From assembly GCA_963835575.1 (NCBI GenBank), contig CAWIGG010000002.1:96001-160000 (forward strand): DNA of 64,000 nt, given 5' to 3'. Below are positions 18,794 through 28,061 of the stretch, piece after piece; position 1 is the first letter of the stretch, and every line of letters begins with the position of its first letter. A program made the position numbers and the translations under genes. This DNA is from an uncultured Spirochaetota bacterium. GTDB lineage: Bacteria; Spirochaetota; Brevinematia; Brevinematales; JAOACQ01. The notes beneath the pieces were generated by a model. The model had not been told where the DNA came from and ran no database searches. It saw only the letters and a program-made list of their open reading frames with translations.

Positions 18794-20836
18794 CTACTGA
18801 TAGATCTGAGTTATTTTAATATAACCGGTCGCTTTAAATTTATCGCCGGACTGAATCATCGGGATCTGTTCCGCCTGGTCCAGGATCAAATAGGTGGTGG
18901 GCGGGCTTGTGCCTATGGAGTCATAATCGTCGCTCTTCCACCAATGGGTGGTGACGCCGATGCCGCTGACGCTGACGATTATATTATCGCCCGGCTGGAG
19001 ATAGGAATAATCCCTGTACTGATTGATATTATAATATATATTGGCATTTCCGGAACCGGGTTTGACATCAAACAGCCAGCTTGGGTTATTGGGGACAGAA
19101 ACCGCGAAATGCATTTCATACCTGTCGCAGCCGTAAGTGCTCATAAAATTCTGGAAGTAAACCCGCGCGGTATAGCTGTACTTGCCGACATAAAGGGACT
19201 GGCTCAGGGTGTTATTGCCTTCATTCGCCTCGTCGATCGTGTTATTCGGGTCTGCCGCGACCGTGAATGTGTAATTTCCGGAATTAGCGATCCGGAATGA
19301 AGATGACACCAGGTCGACATAGTTATTCTGCTGGGCCGATGAAATATCCCCGGGAAGCACATTGATATTAAAAGGCTGAGTGTCCGGCGGCGTGACGGTG
19401 ACCCTCACGCTGAAATTGTTTTTAATGGATTCCGGGTGTGAAAAACCCAGCCGGACGCGGATCGTTGTGTCCCTGCCTTTAACCGCGAAACCATTGTTCC
19501 AGACGACGCTCTGGACCCAGATGTCCGGTTTGGGGGGCGGCGGCGGCGGGTTCTGGACGCTTAAATACTGAGGGGCTTCAATGCGGTTGGTGCCCTGGTA
19601 AACGCGGAGCCCGTAATCCCCGTCCTGGAGTTTGAATTGACTGGCGAAAAAGCCGCGGACGGCGTTCATCGCCGCAACGGGATCGATTAAACTGAATGAG
19701 CTTTTGTAAACCTCTTTAATATCAGCCGCTTTAATGCGCGTGCTCGCCATGATCCTGGGGGCCGCGTGAACGGTCTTTAAACTGTAAGTGATATTCCGCA
19801 CCGGCATCATCCGTTTTTCCAGCTGATTTCCCAGATTGGCGTATTCTTCCGCCACGCCGGGATTGGCATTCGTGCCGATGACGGATGATTTGAACGTTTC
19901 ATAGCTCGGCAAAACCCACCCCAGGTTTTTATCAAAGTTGCCCAGGATAATCCGGCTTTTGGTGGCTTCCACGACATTCTGGGCGGGAAACTGGAAGGTC
20001 ATCTGGTCGCCCTGATACAGCCCGACCTTGTAGTTATTAAGTTTGTTCAAATAATTTCCATAAATGATGATCCTCGCGTTTTTACCGATGACAAACTGTT
20101 CCGGTATAACCCCGACAATCTGGGGAAGCATCTGTGTTCCCTCATACTTTTTGCCGAAGTCAAAACCCGCTATGATGTAGCCGCGGACCGGGGTCACAAA
20201 AATCATCAGCATGAAGAAAACGACATAAATACCAACCAGGCTTAATCCGACGATGGTGCCTGTATTCATCTTGTCTTTCCGGAGTAATAATATAATGGCG
20301 AAAATGATCAGGCCGATGGCCAGCAGCACGATGCTGCCGATGATTACGGCGGAATTGGTCGCTTTGTCGAGCAGGATGAAGGTGTTGCCGAACGTCAGAA
20401 CAACCAGGTCCTGAACCTGCGACGAAAGATTGTCGACCTGAAGCGTCAGCTGGGAAGAAATGTTGTCCAGAATGGCGGGGACCGAATCGTCCAGGATCCC
20501 TGTTTTAATCTGGTCCAGCAGCTGGCTGATATTGGCGAAAGTCAGATTGATCGTGCCGTTCGCGGAATCAAACAGATGTCCTCCGCTCTGGTCGATTGTG
20601 CCTTCCACCTGGTCCAGTAATTTTGAGATCCGGTCGTCAAGAAAAGCCCCTGCTTCCCGAGACAGCTCGCCGGACTCAACCTTTCCGTCAACCAGCTTGG
20701 TGAGATCATTGGCCTGGCTGACAATGCTGTTCGCCGAATCCGTGATTTCCTTGAGATTCTGCATAATACTGCATCCGCTCAGCATTAATCCCATGGAAAT
20801 AAAAATCAGCGGCAGGAAACGGACATACTTTTTCAT
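18794..20836 (-). CDS. Lipoprotein with helical N-domain, two TM helices, Pro linker and CARDB domain
   Basis: Lipobox LSGC; two hydrophobic segments; PPPPPPKPDIWV...GNYTFTVAADPNNTIDEANEGNN. Confidence 0.8.
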   Translation of the reverse strand: MKKYVRFLPLIFISMGLMLSGCSIMQNLKEITDSANSIVSQANDLTKLVDGKVESGELSREAGAFLDDRISKLLDQVEGTIDQSGGHLFDSANGTINLTFANISQLLDQIKTGILDDSVPAILDNISSQLTLQVDNLSSQVQDLVVLTFGNTFILLDKATNSAVIIGSIVLLAIGLIIFAIILLLRKDKMNTGTIVGLSLVGIYVVFFMLMIFVTPVRGYIIAGFDFGKKYEGTQMLPQIVGVIPEQFVIGKNARIIIYGNYLNKLNNYKVGLYQGDQMTFQFPAQNVVEATKSRIILGNFDKNLGWVLPSYETFKSSVIGTNANPGVAEEYANLGNQLEKRMMPVRNITYSLKTVHAAPRIMASTRIKAADIKEVYKSSFSLIDPVAAMNAVRGFFASQFKLQDGDYGLRVYQGTNRIEAPQYLSVQNPPPPPPKPDIWVQSVVWNNGFAVKGRDTTIRVRLGFSHPESIKNNFSVRVTVTPPDTQPFNINVLPGDISSAQQNNYVDLVSSSFRIANSGNYTFTVAADPNNTIDEANEGNNTLSQSLYVGKYSYTARVYFQNFMSTYGCDRYEMHFAVSVPNNPSWLFDVKPGSGNANIYYNINQYRDYSYLQPGDNIIVSVSGIGVTTHWWKSDDYDSIGTSPPTTYLILDQAEQIPMIQSGDKFKATGYIKITQIYQ

Positions 20837-21135
20837 TATGTATCCTCCTTAAAATAATTTGTCATAATTAAGATATTGTTTATCCGACTTAGTAATGAGA
20901 AATGAAGTTCCGTGTCCGATCTGCTTTACTCAATAAGAACTTCAACGCCTTCGCGCTTAAAAAAATTAATATTATTGTATCGGCCGGGCAATAAGTCCTA
21001 TTAATTATTTTTTATATTTCCCGGGGTTAAAGCTCATTGTCAGCTTTCAGAATATAATTTTCCTGACTGCCGAGAGAGGATTTGATACTGTAAACTTCAC
21101 CTCCGGTATATTTATATCCGCTTATATATCCTTCC

Positions 21136-22440
21136 TTATGAAAGGAAACGCCGCGAGGTTTCTCCCATCATCTTTTCAAGATCAGACTGCTGAAACGTAT
21201 CAACAAAATATTGGTCATAATCCTCCAAGATGATCTTTCCAGGATTAGTAAAATATAACACATCAAAATCGCTCCCGAACATCGTCTGGGATAATATATC
21301 AGAATTTTGTCCATAATTAGGATTCTTTGCCCATTTTTCCAGATCTTCTATATGAGATGTGCAGGACATATCTGAGAATACACGATCCGGATAATCTTTT
21401 ATAAGTTGGGCGATCGTGTCGGCCCACGGAACATTGGCAGCGCTGTCCCCGAAATGCGCAAGGTTTATTTTAAGATTTCTATATGTTTCGAAAACACTTC
21501 CATAATTTTTAGGATCGCCGTAATTGCAATAGGGCCAATCTTTGAAGATGCAGGACGGAAATCCGCCGTAACTGCAATGCGTAGTGATGGGGATTTGTTT
21601 TTCATCACAATATTTATAGAGAGGACCATATTCGGTAATATCAGGCTGATAGCCAAGCTGGGGATAGATCTTGATCCCGAAAAACGGGCCGTTGCTTTTA
21701 TTTACCAGATTCCCGTCGCAGATATATTTAATTAAACCCTCCCGTCTCGGATCGACAGCCAGAAACGGATAAATGCTGTCCGGATGTTTTTTCCGGAGAG
21801 CTGCCAAACAGTCAATCTCATGCTGAAAGCCCGGCGTGGTGTAATAACCGGTAAAAACCTTGACTTGCGCTATGGCTGTTTTAACTTGTTCCGCGGCGAT
21901 GTTGATCATGTTTTTTATATCCGCATTCTCAAATTGTTTTTTATTCTCAGCCTGTAATTCAGCGTTTGCTTTAATTTCTTTATTCGCTTTTTCGATTTCC
22001 GCTTGATTTTCCGTGATGACGCCCTGAATAAAATTTTTAAAATCTTTTTCCGGGTCGCCGCTGGTTTTCATGGCAGGTATGGTTCCGGGTTTTACATTAT
22101 TTTTCCGGGGCAGGACCGGAGGGTAAAACATATAGTAAATATCCATCATCAATGGCGTGATGCATATGTCCTTATTAAAAACACCTCTCGCTTTGTTAAT
22201 TACAAAGTCTGCGTTGTCTTCTTCGGAACGTATCGCGGCCGCGCCGAGCTGGATACACCACTTGAAAAACAGTTTAATCCGGTCCAGCGGTGAAGCCGCA
22301 GCTTTGAGCAGGAAATCAGTATTTTTCGGGTAACGGCCGATAATATGGTCCCAGGCCATCTGTGCCAATTCCAGGAAAAGATACTCCAGGTTAAAAACAT
22401 GACAATGCGCGTCGAAATATTTCCCATCAAGTTGCGGCAT
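21136..22440 (-). CDS. Amidohydrolase_2 family metal-dependent hydrolase
   Basis: DAHCH, GIKIYPQLGY, PITTHCS, LAHFG, MFGSDF; start reset to MPQLD after AAGGAGG RBS. Confidence 0.88.
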   Translation of the reverse strand: MPQLDGKYFDAHCHVFNLEYLFLELAQMAWDHIIGRYPKNTDFLLKAAASPLDRIKLFFKWCIQLGAAAIRSEEDNADFVINKARGVFNKDICITPLMMDIYYMFYPPVLPRKNNVKPGTIPAMKTSGDPEKDFKNFIQGVITENQAEIEKANKEIKANAELQAENKKQFENADIKNMINIAAEQVKTAIAQVKVFTGYYTTPGFQHEIDCLAALRKKHPDSIYPFLAVDPRREGLIKYICDGNLVNKSNGPFFGIKIYPQLGYQPDITEYGPLYKYCDEKQIPITTHCSYGGFPSCIFKDWPYCNYGDPKNYGSVFETYRNLKINLAHFGDSAANVPWADTIAQLIKDYPDRVFSDMSCTSHIEDLEKWAKNPNYGQNSDILSQTMFGSDFDVLYFTNPGKIILEDYDQYFVDTFQQSDLEKMMGETSRRFLS

Positions 22441-22531
22441 AGTAAACACCTCCTTAATTTCCTGCAATTTTTTATTCCTCTTCAATAATATCCTCAATTG
22501 AGTAGGAGGCGGGTTTACACCCGCCGACCTC

Positions 22532-22930
22532 TCACACCACCGTACGTACGGTTCCGTATACGGCGGTTCCAAAATATAATTTCTGATAAATACAAATCTT
22601 GTTCAGCATCGATACGAGTCCCATACTGTCGAATAATTTCTTAGGAAAGGCGATGTTCATATGTTTGTTGATGAAGCCTTTTAGCTGTTTTACAGTGACT
22701 CCGTCAACTCCCGCCGCCCCCTTATTGCTTACCACCCTGTGATAAGCTTCCAGCATGTTCTCGCGTTTGACCAGACGCTCTATTAAATTTGTTTCATCCG
22801 GTGTACTCCTTCTTTGACTCTCTGCACGGATACACGCGCTTTGGCTATTCTTCGGAATTCCGTCCCTATCCTTTGTCAAAGCCGGAAAGTTTCCTTCCGC
22901 TTCTGCGTAAGTTACCGTGTCAGGATTCAT
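22532..22930 (-). pseudogene. ltrA: Collapsed intron-encoded RT/maturase (RT0 fused to the C-terminal tail)
   Basis: RENMLEAYHRVVSNKGAAGVDG joined in frame to MNIAFPKKLFDSMGLVSM; no YADD. Confidence 0.88.
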
Positions 22931-23260
22931 AGCGGTACTCCTATAGTTTGGTTCTGCCCTTCGCCTCCGGTCAAGAGGTTACTATGGCTTCTGCTGACTT
23001 CTGAAAACCCCTCTTATCACCTTTCGATGACAATAGCCAATATGTGGCAGGCTGTCAGACCTCCCCGGGTAATGCGCTCGTTCCTTCACACTTATGTCTG
23101 CCGCATCTACGTCATTGCTTTCTGTGTAAGTATCGGGCTTTAACGATAATTGCCGTCTCACCCAGCAGTGCCGCCTCTATGCGGTTTCTGTTCGTCAGAC
23201 CAGTGCTTTGCCTGCAGCTTCCTTCAGATTCCGCCTCACGGCGGACACCCTTGCCGTCTG

Positions 23261-23312
23261 TCCCTCACCAGTTTGTCCGGCTGCCCGGAGAAGTTCACAA
23301 ACTGGTGAGGGA
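23261..23312. repeat. Palindromic element with 16-bp arms inside intron domain I
   Basis: TCCCTCACCAGTTTGT-20nt-ACAAACTGGTGAGGGA; identical arms at 37518-37570. Confidence 0.9.
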
Positions 23313-23374
23313 TTCCCCTTACCGGGTGCATACGGGACTTTCACCCGCAAGAACGTGCGCCCTGCCGGGCGCAC

Positions 23375-23403
23375 AACAAAAAAGCGATGGAATGATCCAT
23401 CGC
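23375..23403 (-). terminator. Intrinsic terminator (class C intron target)
   Basis: GCGATGGA-TCAT-TCCATCGC-TTTTTTGTT immediately before GTGCG. Confidence 0.85.
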
Positions 23404-23460
23404 CCATTAATCCCCACTCTCGCCGCAATTGTCAGCACATATCCTAATATTTGATTAAAT

Positions 23461-23489
23461 ATATTATTGAACCGGAAGCGTTTAGTCAA
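23461..23489 (-). promoter_or_regulatory. sigma70 promoter facing the terminator, intron and amidohydrolase
   Basis: TTGACT-17-TAATAT on the minus strand. Confidence 0.5.
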
Positions 23490-23623
23490 ATAAAAAGAAG
23501 ATTCTGTGTGTCAAGCAAATTAAATTGGCCCCGAGTTTGCTTGACGCATAATGTTATTTTTTTCATTGACAAAAAATGAAGTATTAAATATTATGATATG
23601 AATTTAAACGTGGAGCGGGCTTT

Positions 23624-24655
23624 ATGAAGAAGATAATTTTTGGTAAAACCATGCTGGAAGTCAGCAGAATAGCGTTTGGCGGAATACCGATCATGCGCCT
23701 TTCAACGGCCCAGGCTGTCGAGGTAATAAAAGAGTCTTTAAGCCTGGGAATAAATTTTATCGATACGGCGGCCGGATATGCCGACAGCCAGGAAAAAATC
23801 GGCCTGGCAATCAGCGGCATCCCGAGGAGCGAGCTGGTGTTAGCGACAAAATCGACGGCAAACGATAAAAAAACTATTTTAGAGCATATAGATAATTCTT
23901 TGAAAAAGTTGAAAACAGATTATATAGATATTTATCAGCTTCATAATGTAAGCTCTGAAGATAAATTTAACGCTGTGATGGCTGATGACGGGGCCTATGA
24001 AGGGCTCATGCTTGCCGTAAAGCAGGGTAAAGTAAGATTTCCCGGTTTCAGCTCTCACACAATGAGTTATGCCAAAAAAATGATACTGACCGGTCATTTC
24101 TATTCCGTTCAAATTCCCTATAATTTTATAGACAGGCAGGCGGAAGAAGAGGTTATTCCTCTGGCTGAAAAAAAGAACCTGGGCATAATCGCCATGAAGC
24201 CTTTGGGCGGCGGCCTTTTGAATAAAGCGGAACTCTGCTTTAAATACCTTCTGCAGTTTGACAGCGTCGTTCCCGACCCGGGAATTGAAAAACTTGGTGA
24301 AATGAGAGAAATAGCTGAAATTCTTGATAAGATGGAGCCGCTTTCCCAATCGGAAATCGAAGAGATGGATAGAATACGCAATGAAGTCGGCAATAGCTGG
24401 TGCCACAGGTGCGATTATTGCCAGCCATGCCCCCAGAATATCAGCATCAGCTCAGTGCTGGTGGTTAATTCATTTATTAAAAGAATGCCGTTTGAAAAAG
24501 CGTTTTCAATGATTAACGGGCAGGTTAAACAGGTTGACCGGTGCACTGAATGCAGGAATTGCGCCGACAGATGCCCTTATAACCTGGACATTCCAAAATT
24601 ACTGAAACAAAATCAATTAATCTGGAATGAATATGTGGAAAGGAGGGCCTTATGA
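23624..24655 (+). CDS. Aldo/keto reductase with C-terminal 4Fe-4S domain
   Basis: GINFIDTAAGY, LATK, DYIDIYQLHN, AMKPLGGG, CHRCDYCQPCP, CTECRNCADRCP. Confidence 0.93.
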   Translation: MKKIIFGKTMLEVSRIAFGGIPIMRLSTAQAVEVIKESLSLGINFIDTAAGYADSQEKIGLAISGIPRSELVLATKSTANDKKTILEHIDNSLKKLKTDYIDIYQLHNVSSEDKFNAVMADDGAYEGLMLAVKQGKVRFPGFSSHTMSYAKKMILTGHFYSVQIPYNFIDRQAEEEVIPLAEKKNLGIIAMKPLGGGLLNKAELCFKYLLQFDSVVPDPGIEKLGEMREIAEILDKMEPLSQSEIEEMDRIRNEVGNSWCHRCDYCQPCPQNISISSVLVVNSFIKRMPFEKAFSMINGQVKQVDRCTECRNCADRCPYNLDIPKLLKQNQLIWNEYVERRAL

Positions 24656-25335
24656 TTGATAAAGGTAAAATGAAAGATAAAAAGACGGCTATTACGGCAG
24701 GAGAGGTTATCGAATTGCCGGGACCCGGATTTAATAATGACGTTACAGTATTTAACGCTTTAAAAAAAAGAGAAACAATACGTGAAATAAGCGAAAAAAA
24801 GCTTTCCCTGCAGGAAATCTCAAGCTTGCTCTGGGCAGCCAACGGTGTAAACCGGGGAAAAGGCCCTTTTGGAATTGCCGGAAGGACTGCCGCATCAGCC
24901 AGCAATTCCCAGGAAATTGATCTTTATGTTCTCATGAGCGAAGGCGTTTATTTATTTGACGCATTTAAACACAGGCTTTTACCGGTAATCTCCGAAGACA
25001 TCCGGCCGCTTGCGATTGGAAAGGGGCAGTTAAAGCTCGGGGACAACGCGCCGCTTCGAATAGTCTTCATTGTCGATATCAGAAAACTTTCCCATACATC
25101 AGGCTATCAGGAACCGGGGCTGCAGAATCCGGAAGTTCAGAAATCATATTATTTTGTGGATACAGGCATCATCGCGGGCAATATATATTTGTTTGCGGCA
25201 TCTCAGGGCCTTGCTTCCTGGTTCCATAATTGCAACAAAGCCGGAATCGAGGCTAAACTGAAATTACGCCCCGAACAGAAAGTGCTTTTCGGGCAGACAG
25301 TCGGTTATCCCAAAGGAAAAAAAATTAAGGAGTGA
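24652..25335 (+). CDS. Nitroreductase family (SagB/ThcOx-like) oxidoreductase
   Basis: LLWAANGVNR...RTAASASNSQEIDLY, DTGIIAGNIYLFAAS. Confidence 0.88.
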   Translation: MIDKGKMKDKKTAITAGEVIELPGPGFNNDVTVFNALKKRETIREISEKKLSLQEISSLLWAANGVNRGKGPFGIAGRTAASASNSQEIDLYVLMSEGVYLFDAFKHRLLPVISEDIRPLAIGKGQLKLGDNAPLRIVFIVDIRKLSHTSGYQEPGLQNPEVQKSYYFVDTGIIAGNIYLFAASQGLASWFHNCNKAGIEAKLKLRPEQKVLFGQTVGYPKGKKIKE

Positions 25336-25340
25336 TATTT

Positions 25341-25526
25341 ATGCCGGTTATCAAATTGGAAATTACCCGTCAATCCAGAGAAAAGAAAAAAGAGATGATC
25401 GAGAAATTGACAAAGACCATGGTGGAAATAACCAATATTCCAGCCCAGGCATTTACCGTATTAATCAATGAGTATGATGCGGAAAGTATAGGTTCAGGCG
25501 GGGTTCCATTGCCTGAGCGCAAATAG
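25341..25526 (+). CDS. 4-oxalocrotonate tautomerase (DmpI-like)
   Basis: Starts M-P-V-I (catalytic Pro1), ~61 aa, ends IGSGGVPL. Confidence 0.9.
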   Translation: MPVIKLEITRQSREKKKEMIEKLTKTMVEITNIPAQAFTVLINEYDAESIGSGGVPLPERK

Positions 25527-25694
25527 AGGCCGCTCAGAAAACGGGAAATCCCGGGCTTGCTTCTTTGACTTTTATGCCCTGCGTTTATCGCCCGGGTCTT
25601 TTATCGTCATTTCTGTTCCAATATTATCAGATAATGAAAAATCAGGACAGGACACTGTCAAAGCGGCAGCCGCCCGGCCGGGTATTATTATTTC

Positions 25695-26366
25695 TCAAAA
25701 TTTGAACGCCGCCATAGGAAACGGTTTTCCATGACCGGGGTATACATTACGGATGTTTATCTTTCTGATCTTCTCCAGGCTTGATGTCAGCGCGGGCTCA
25801 TTTTCCACAATGTCGGCAGCGGCCGGTTTTTTTCTGTTATTAATTGTATCGCCCGAGAAAAAGTCGCCTTCACCGGTCAGGATTCCGATGGACCCCATGG
25901 AATGCCCCGGTATATGAACAACCTTCGCGTTAAATCCGATATTATTGAAGTCTTCCCCGTCGGAAAGGACCATGTCCGGTTCAAAAGTCTCAACAGGGAA
26001 CTTCTTCATCATCGGTTTTAAAAATATTGAGTATATGACCGGCGTGAAGATCCTCATAAGAGATGATGATTTCCTTTTTCGATTAAAATTTGTCCTGCCG
26101 GTCCTGCATTGAGCGGCATCGGCTTCATGAACAGCGATTTTTAATCCGTATTGTTTTTGAAGAAACGCGCAGCTGCCGGTATGGTCCAGGTCCCCATGAG
26201 TAATGATAACGAGTTTGATATTGCCTGGTGTACCGCATTCCTGTTCAAGCGTTTTTACCAGTTTTGACCGGTTCATTGCCAATCCGGTGTCGATCAGGAA
26301 ATATCCATTATCGGTTTTTACGAGATAAGCGTTTACCATACCAAGCGCGAGATGTTTAATTTCCAT
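25695..26366 (-). CDS. MBL-fold metallo-hydrolase
   Basis: VNAYLV, IDTG, THGDLDHTG, HIPGHSMG, FSGDT, YPGHG. Confidence 0.92.
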   Translation of the reverse strand: MEIKHLALGMVNAYLVKTDNGYFLIDTGLAMNRSKLVKTLEQECGTPGNIKLVIITHGDLDHTGSCAFLQKQYGLKIAVHEADAAQCRTGRTNFNRKRKSSSLMRIFTPVIYSIFLKPMMKKFPVETFEPDMVLSDGEDFNNIGFNAKVVHIPGHSMGSIGILTGEGDFFSGDTINNRKKPAAADIVENEPALTSSLEKIRKINIRNVYPGHGKPFPMAAFKF

Positions 26367-26801
26367 AATACTGCTTCCTATTCTTAATTTACTTTGCGAA
26401 CTGCCCTTTTTTATCATTTTAATCAAAGAAATGATATTGAAATATCATAAAAATCGCAAAAAAATGAAGCTTTATTTAGAAAAAAAGACAAAACCGGGAT
26501 AGAGTGGCGATAGTTGCAGATGACAAGCGGAACATTGATAAAGCTTTCTTGATAAAAGACAGCAGTAATAGTTATGTCCGTACTTCAGCCCTGGCTGAAA
26601 GGACTTATTTTGACTGGTGATGGTTGAGGTTTATTTGTTATGCTCCGGCCGGAACGGCTATTTATTCTTTTCAGCGCACTGCTTTCCATGCCGGAGGATG
26701 GCTTTTTTGCCCGTTAACTGCTTATTGAAAGATAATAAAGCTGGAAAATGAAAAATTGGCGATTTAAAACAACGAATATATCCGGATAAGAAAGCTGGAA
26801 G

Positions 26802-26960
26802 CTAATTGTCATTAATTAAAGCGGGTTTTTTGAAGTAAAAACCGTTTTCTCCGGTTAAATCATCCATTTTGGTTTTGGACAACTTTTCTTCGCTTTCAAA
26901 CCCGGTATTTGTTTGAAAGCTATTAAATTCAGGCTCTTTCTTCGAAAAATCCATCCGCAT
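26802..26960 (-). CDS. Small hypothetical protein, 52 aa
   Basis: Strong RBS AAAGGAGG before ATG; MRMDFSKKEPEFNSFQTNTGFESEEKLSKTKMDDLTGENGFYFKKPALINDN. Confidence 0.4.
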   Translation of the reverse strand: MRMDFSKKEPEFNSFQTNTGFESEEKLSKTKMDDLTGENGFYFKKPALINDN

Positions 26961-27157
26961 AATCGAACCTCCTTTAATCGTTTTTGAGTAAAAAACGCGT
27001 ACAACTCTAAAATCATCAAAAAAGCTATTGAGAAAAACCCAAGCCGGATTTAAAGATCAGACTAATCGCTAAGAATGGATTGTTACTGATTGTATATGGA
27101 AATATTTCTGATTTGCATACCAAGCATATCACATAAATAAAATATGTCAATACTAAT

Positions 27158-27991
27158 TTATAATTTATTTTTCACAGCTTTTCTCCGCATCACCTCCGCC
27201 ATCACCACAGAAAAAGCGCTCGCGACATTGAGGCTGTTCTTTTTTCCCAGAAGCGGTATCTCGACAAATTCATCGCAGACGCCGAGCGTTTCCTCCATCA
27301 TGCCGAATTCCTCGTTCCCGAAAACAAAGGCGCTTTTTTCCGGCCATTTCGCCTCATAAAGCGGCGCAGCTTCCTTCACAGTTTCAACACCGATGATGCG
27401 GAAGCCCTTTTCTCTGTAACAGGCCGCGGCCTCAGCAGTTTTTTCAAAGTACTTCCATGGGATGAGTTCCAGCGTACCCATGGCCGTCCGTTCGATCTTC
27501 GGCATCGGCGGCCGGGGTGTGATGCCGCAGAGGGCGAGGCTTCCCACGCCGAAGCAGTCGGAGGAGCGGAAGATGCTGCCGACGTTGAAAGGCGAGCGGA
27601 GGTTGTCGAGTATGGCCGCGTGGGTAAAGCGGACGGCGTTTTTATTATTATCGAACTGCCGCTGGACGCTGACAAAGCGGGATTCGTCAACCTTCTCGTG
27701 AATAAGCTCCATCAGGCCGTGAAAGGCGAAATTAACTTTTTCAATAATGGGGCGGGGAAGAACTCCGTTTTGCGGTAAAGCGGTGTCTTTCGGAAGAGTC
27801 TCTATGATTTTCAGGGCTTTATCGATCTGAGGGCTGTTAATTTCCTTCATAAATCCGGTATAGCTTTTCAGCTGGCCGGTCAGCTTCGGATTGGATGAAG
27901 GATTGTTATCCATGAGCATGTGGAGCGTTTCCGCCAGTTTATAGATCTGCTTTTTGGAATGAAGCTTGAGAAAATGCTCTTTCCTGATCAT
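27158..27991 (-). CDS. TrmH/SpoU family RNA 2'-O-methyltransferase
   Basis: LDNLRSPFNVGSIFRS, FGNEEFG, IPLLGKKNSLNVASA. Confidence 0.93.
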   Translation of the reverse strand: MIRKEHFLKLHSKKQIYKLAETLHMLMDNNPSSNPKLTGQLKSYTGFMKEINSPQIDKALKIIETLPKDTALPQNGVLPRPIIEKVNFAFHGLMELIHEKVDESRFVSVQRQFDNNKNAVRFTHAAILDNLRSPFNVGSIFRSSDCFGVGSLALCGITPRPPMPKIERTAMGTLELIPWKYFEKTAEAAACYREKGFRIIGVETVKEAAPLYEAKWPEKSAFVFGNEEFGMMEETLGVCDEFVEIPLLGKKNSLNVASAFSVVMAEVMRRKAVKNKL

Positions 27992-28005
27992 GATATACTC
28001 CCGAT

Positions 28006-28057
28006 TGCCTCACCCCCGTCCCCTCTCCAAATTTGGAGAGGGGACGGGGGTGAGGCA
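28006..28057. repeat. Perfect 52-bp palindrome (CCTCACCCC...CCTCTCC / GGAGAGG...GGGGTGAGG type)
   Basis: TGCCTCACCCCCGTCCCCTCTCCAAA / TTTGGAGAGGGGACGGGGGTGAGGCA. Confidence 0.9.
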
Positions 28058-28061
28058 TTCT

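Larger units (their letters stand above)
22497..23374 (-). mobile_element. Class C group II intron with internally deleted RT (878-nt mini-intron)
   Basis: 5' GTGCGCCCGG; domain V GAACCGCCGTATACGGAACCGTACGTACGGTGGTGTGAGAGG (CGC triad); 3' CCTACTCAAT; inserted right after an intrinsic terminator. Confidence 0.93.

Noticed and set aside
22441..22572. N-terminal extension MEPPYTEPYVRWCERS of the amidohydrolase ORF
   Set aside because: It is the translation of intron domains V-VI; the real start is ATG 22440 with an AAGGAGG RBS
23384..23410. Fluoride riboswitch suggested by GGCGATGG
   Set aside because: The remaining consensus is absent, the sequence is explained as a terminator stem, and no fluoride-related gene follows
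22814..23454. ORFs 22814..23143, 23044..23454, 23195..23428 and 23208..23447
   Set aside because: Spurious frames over structured intron RNA
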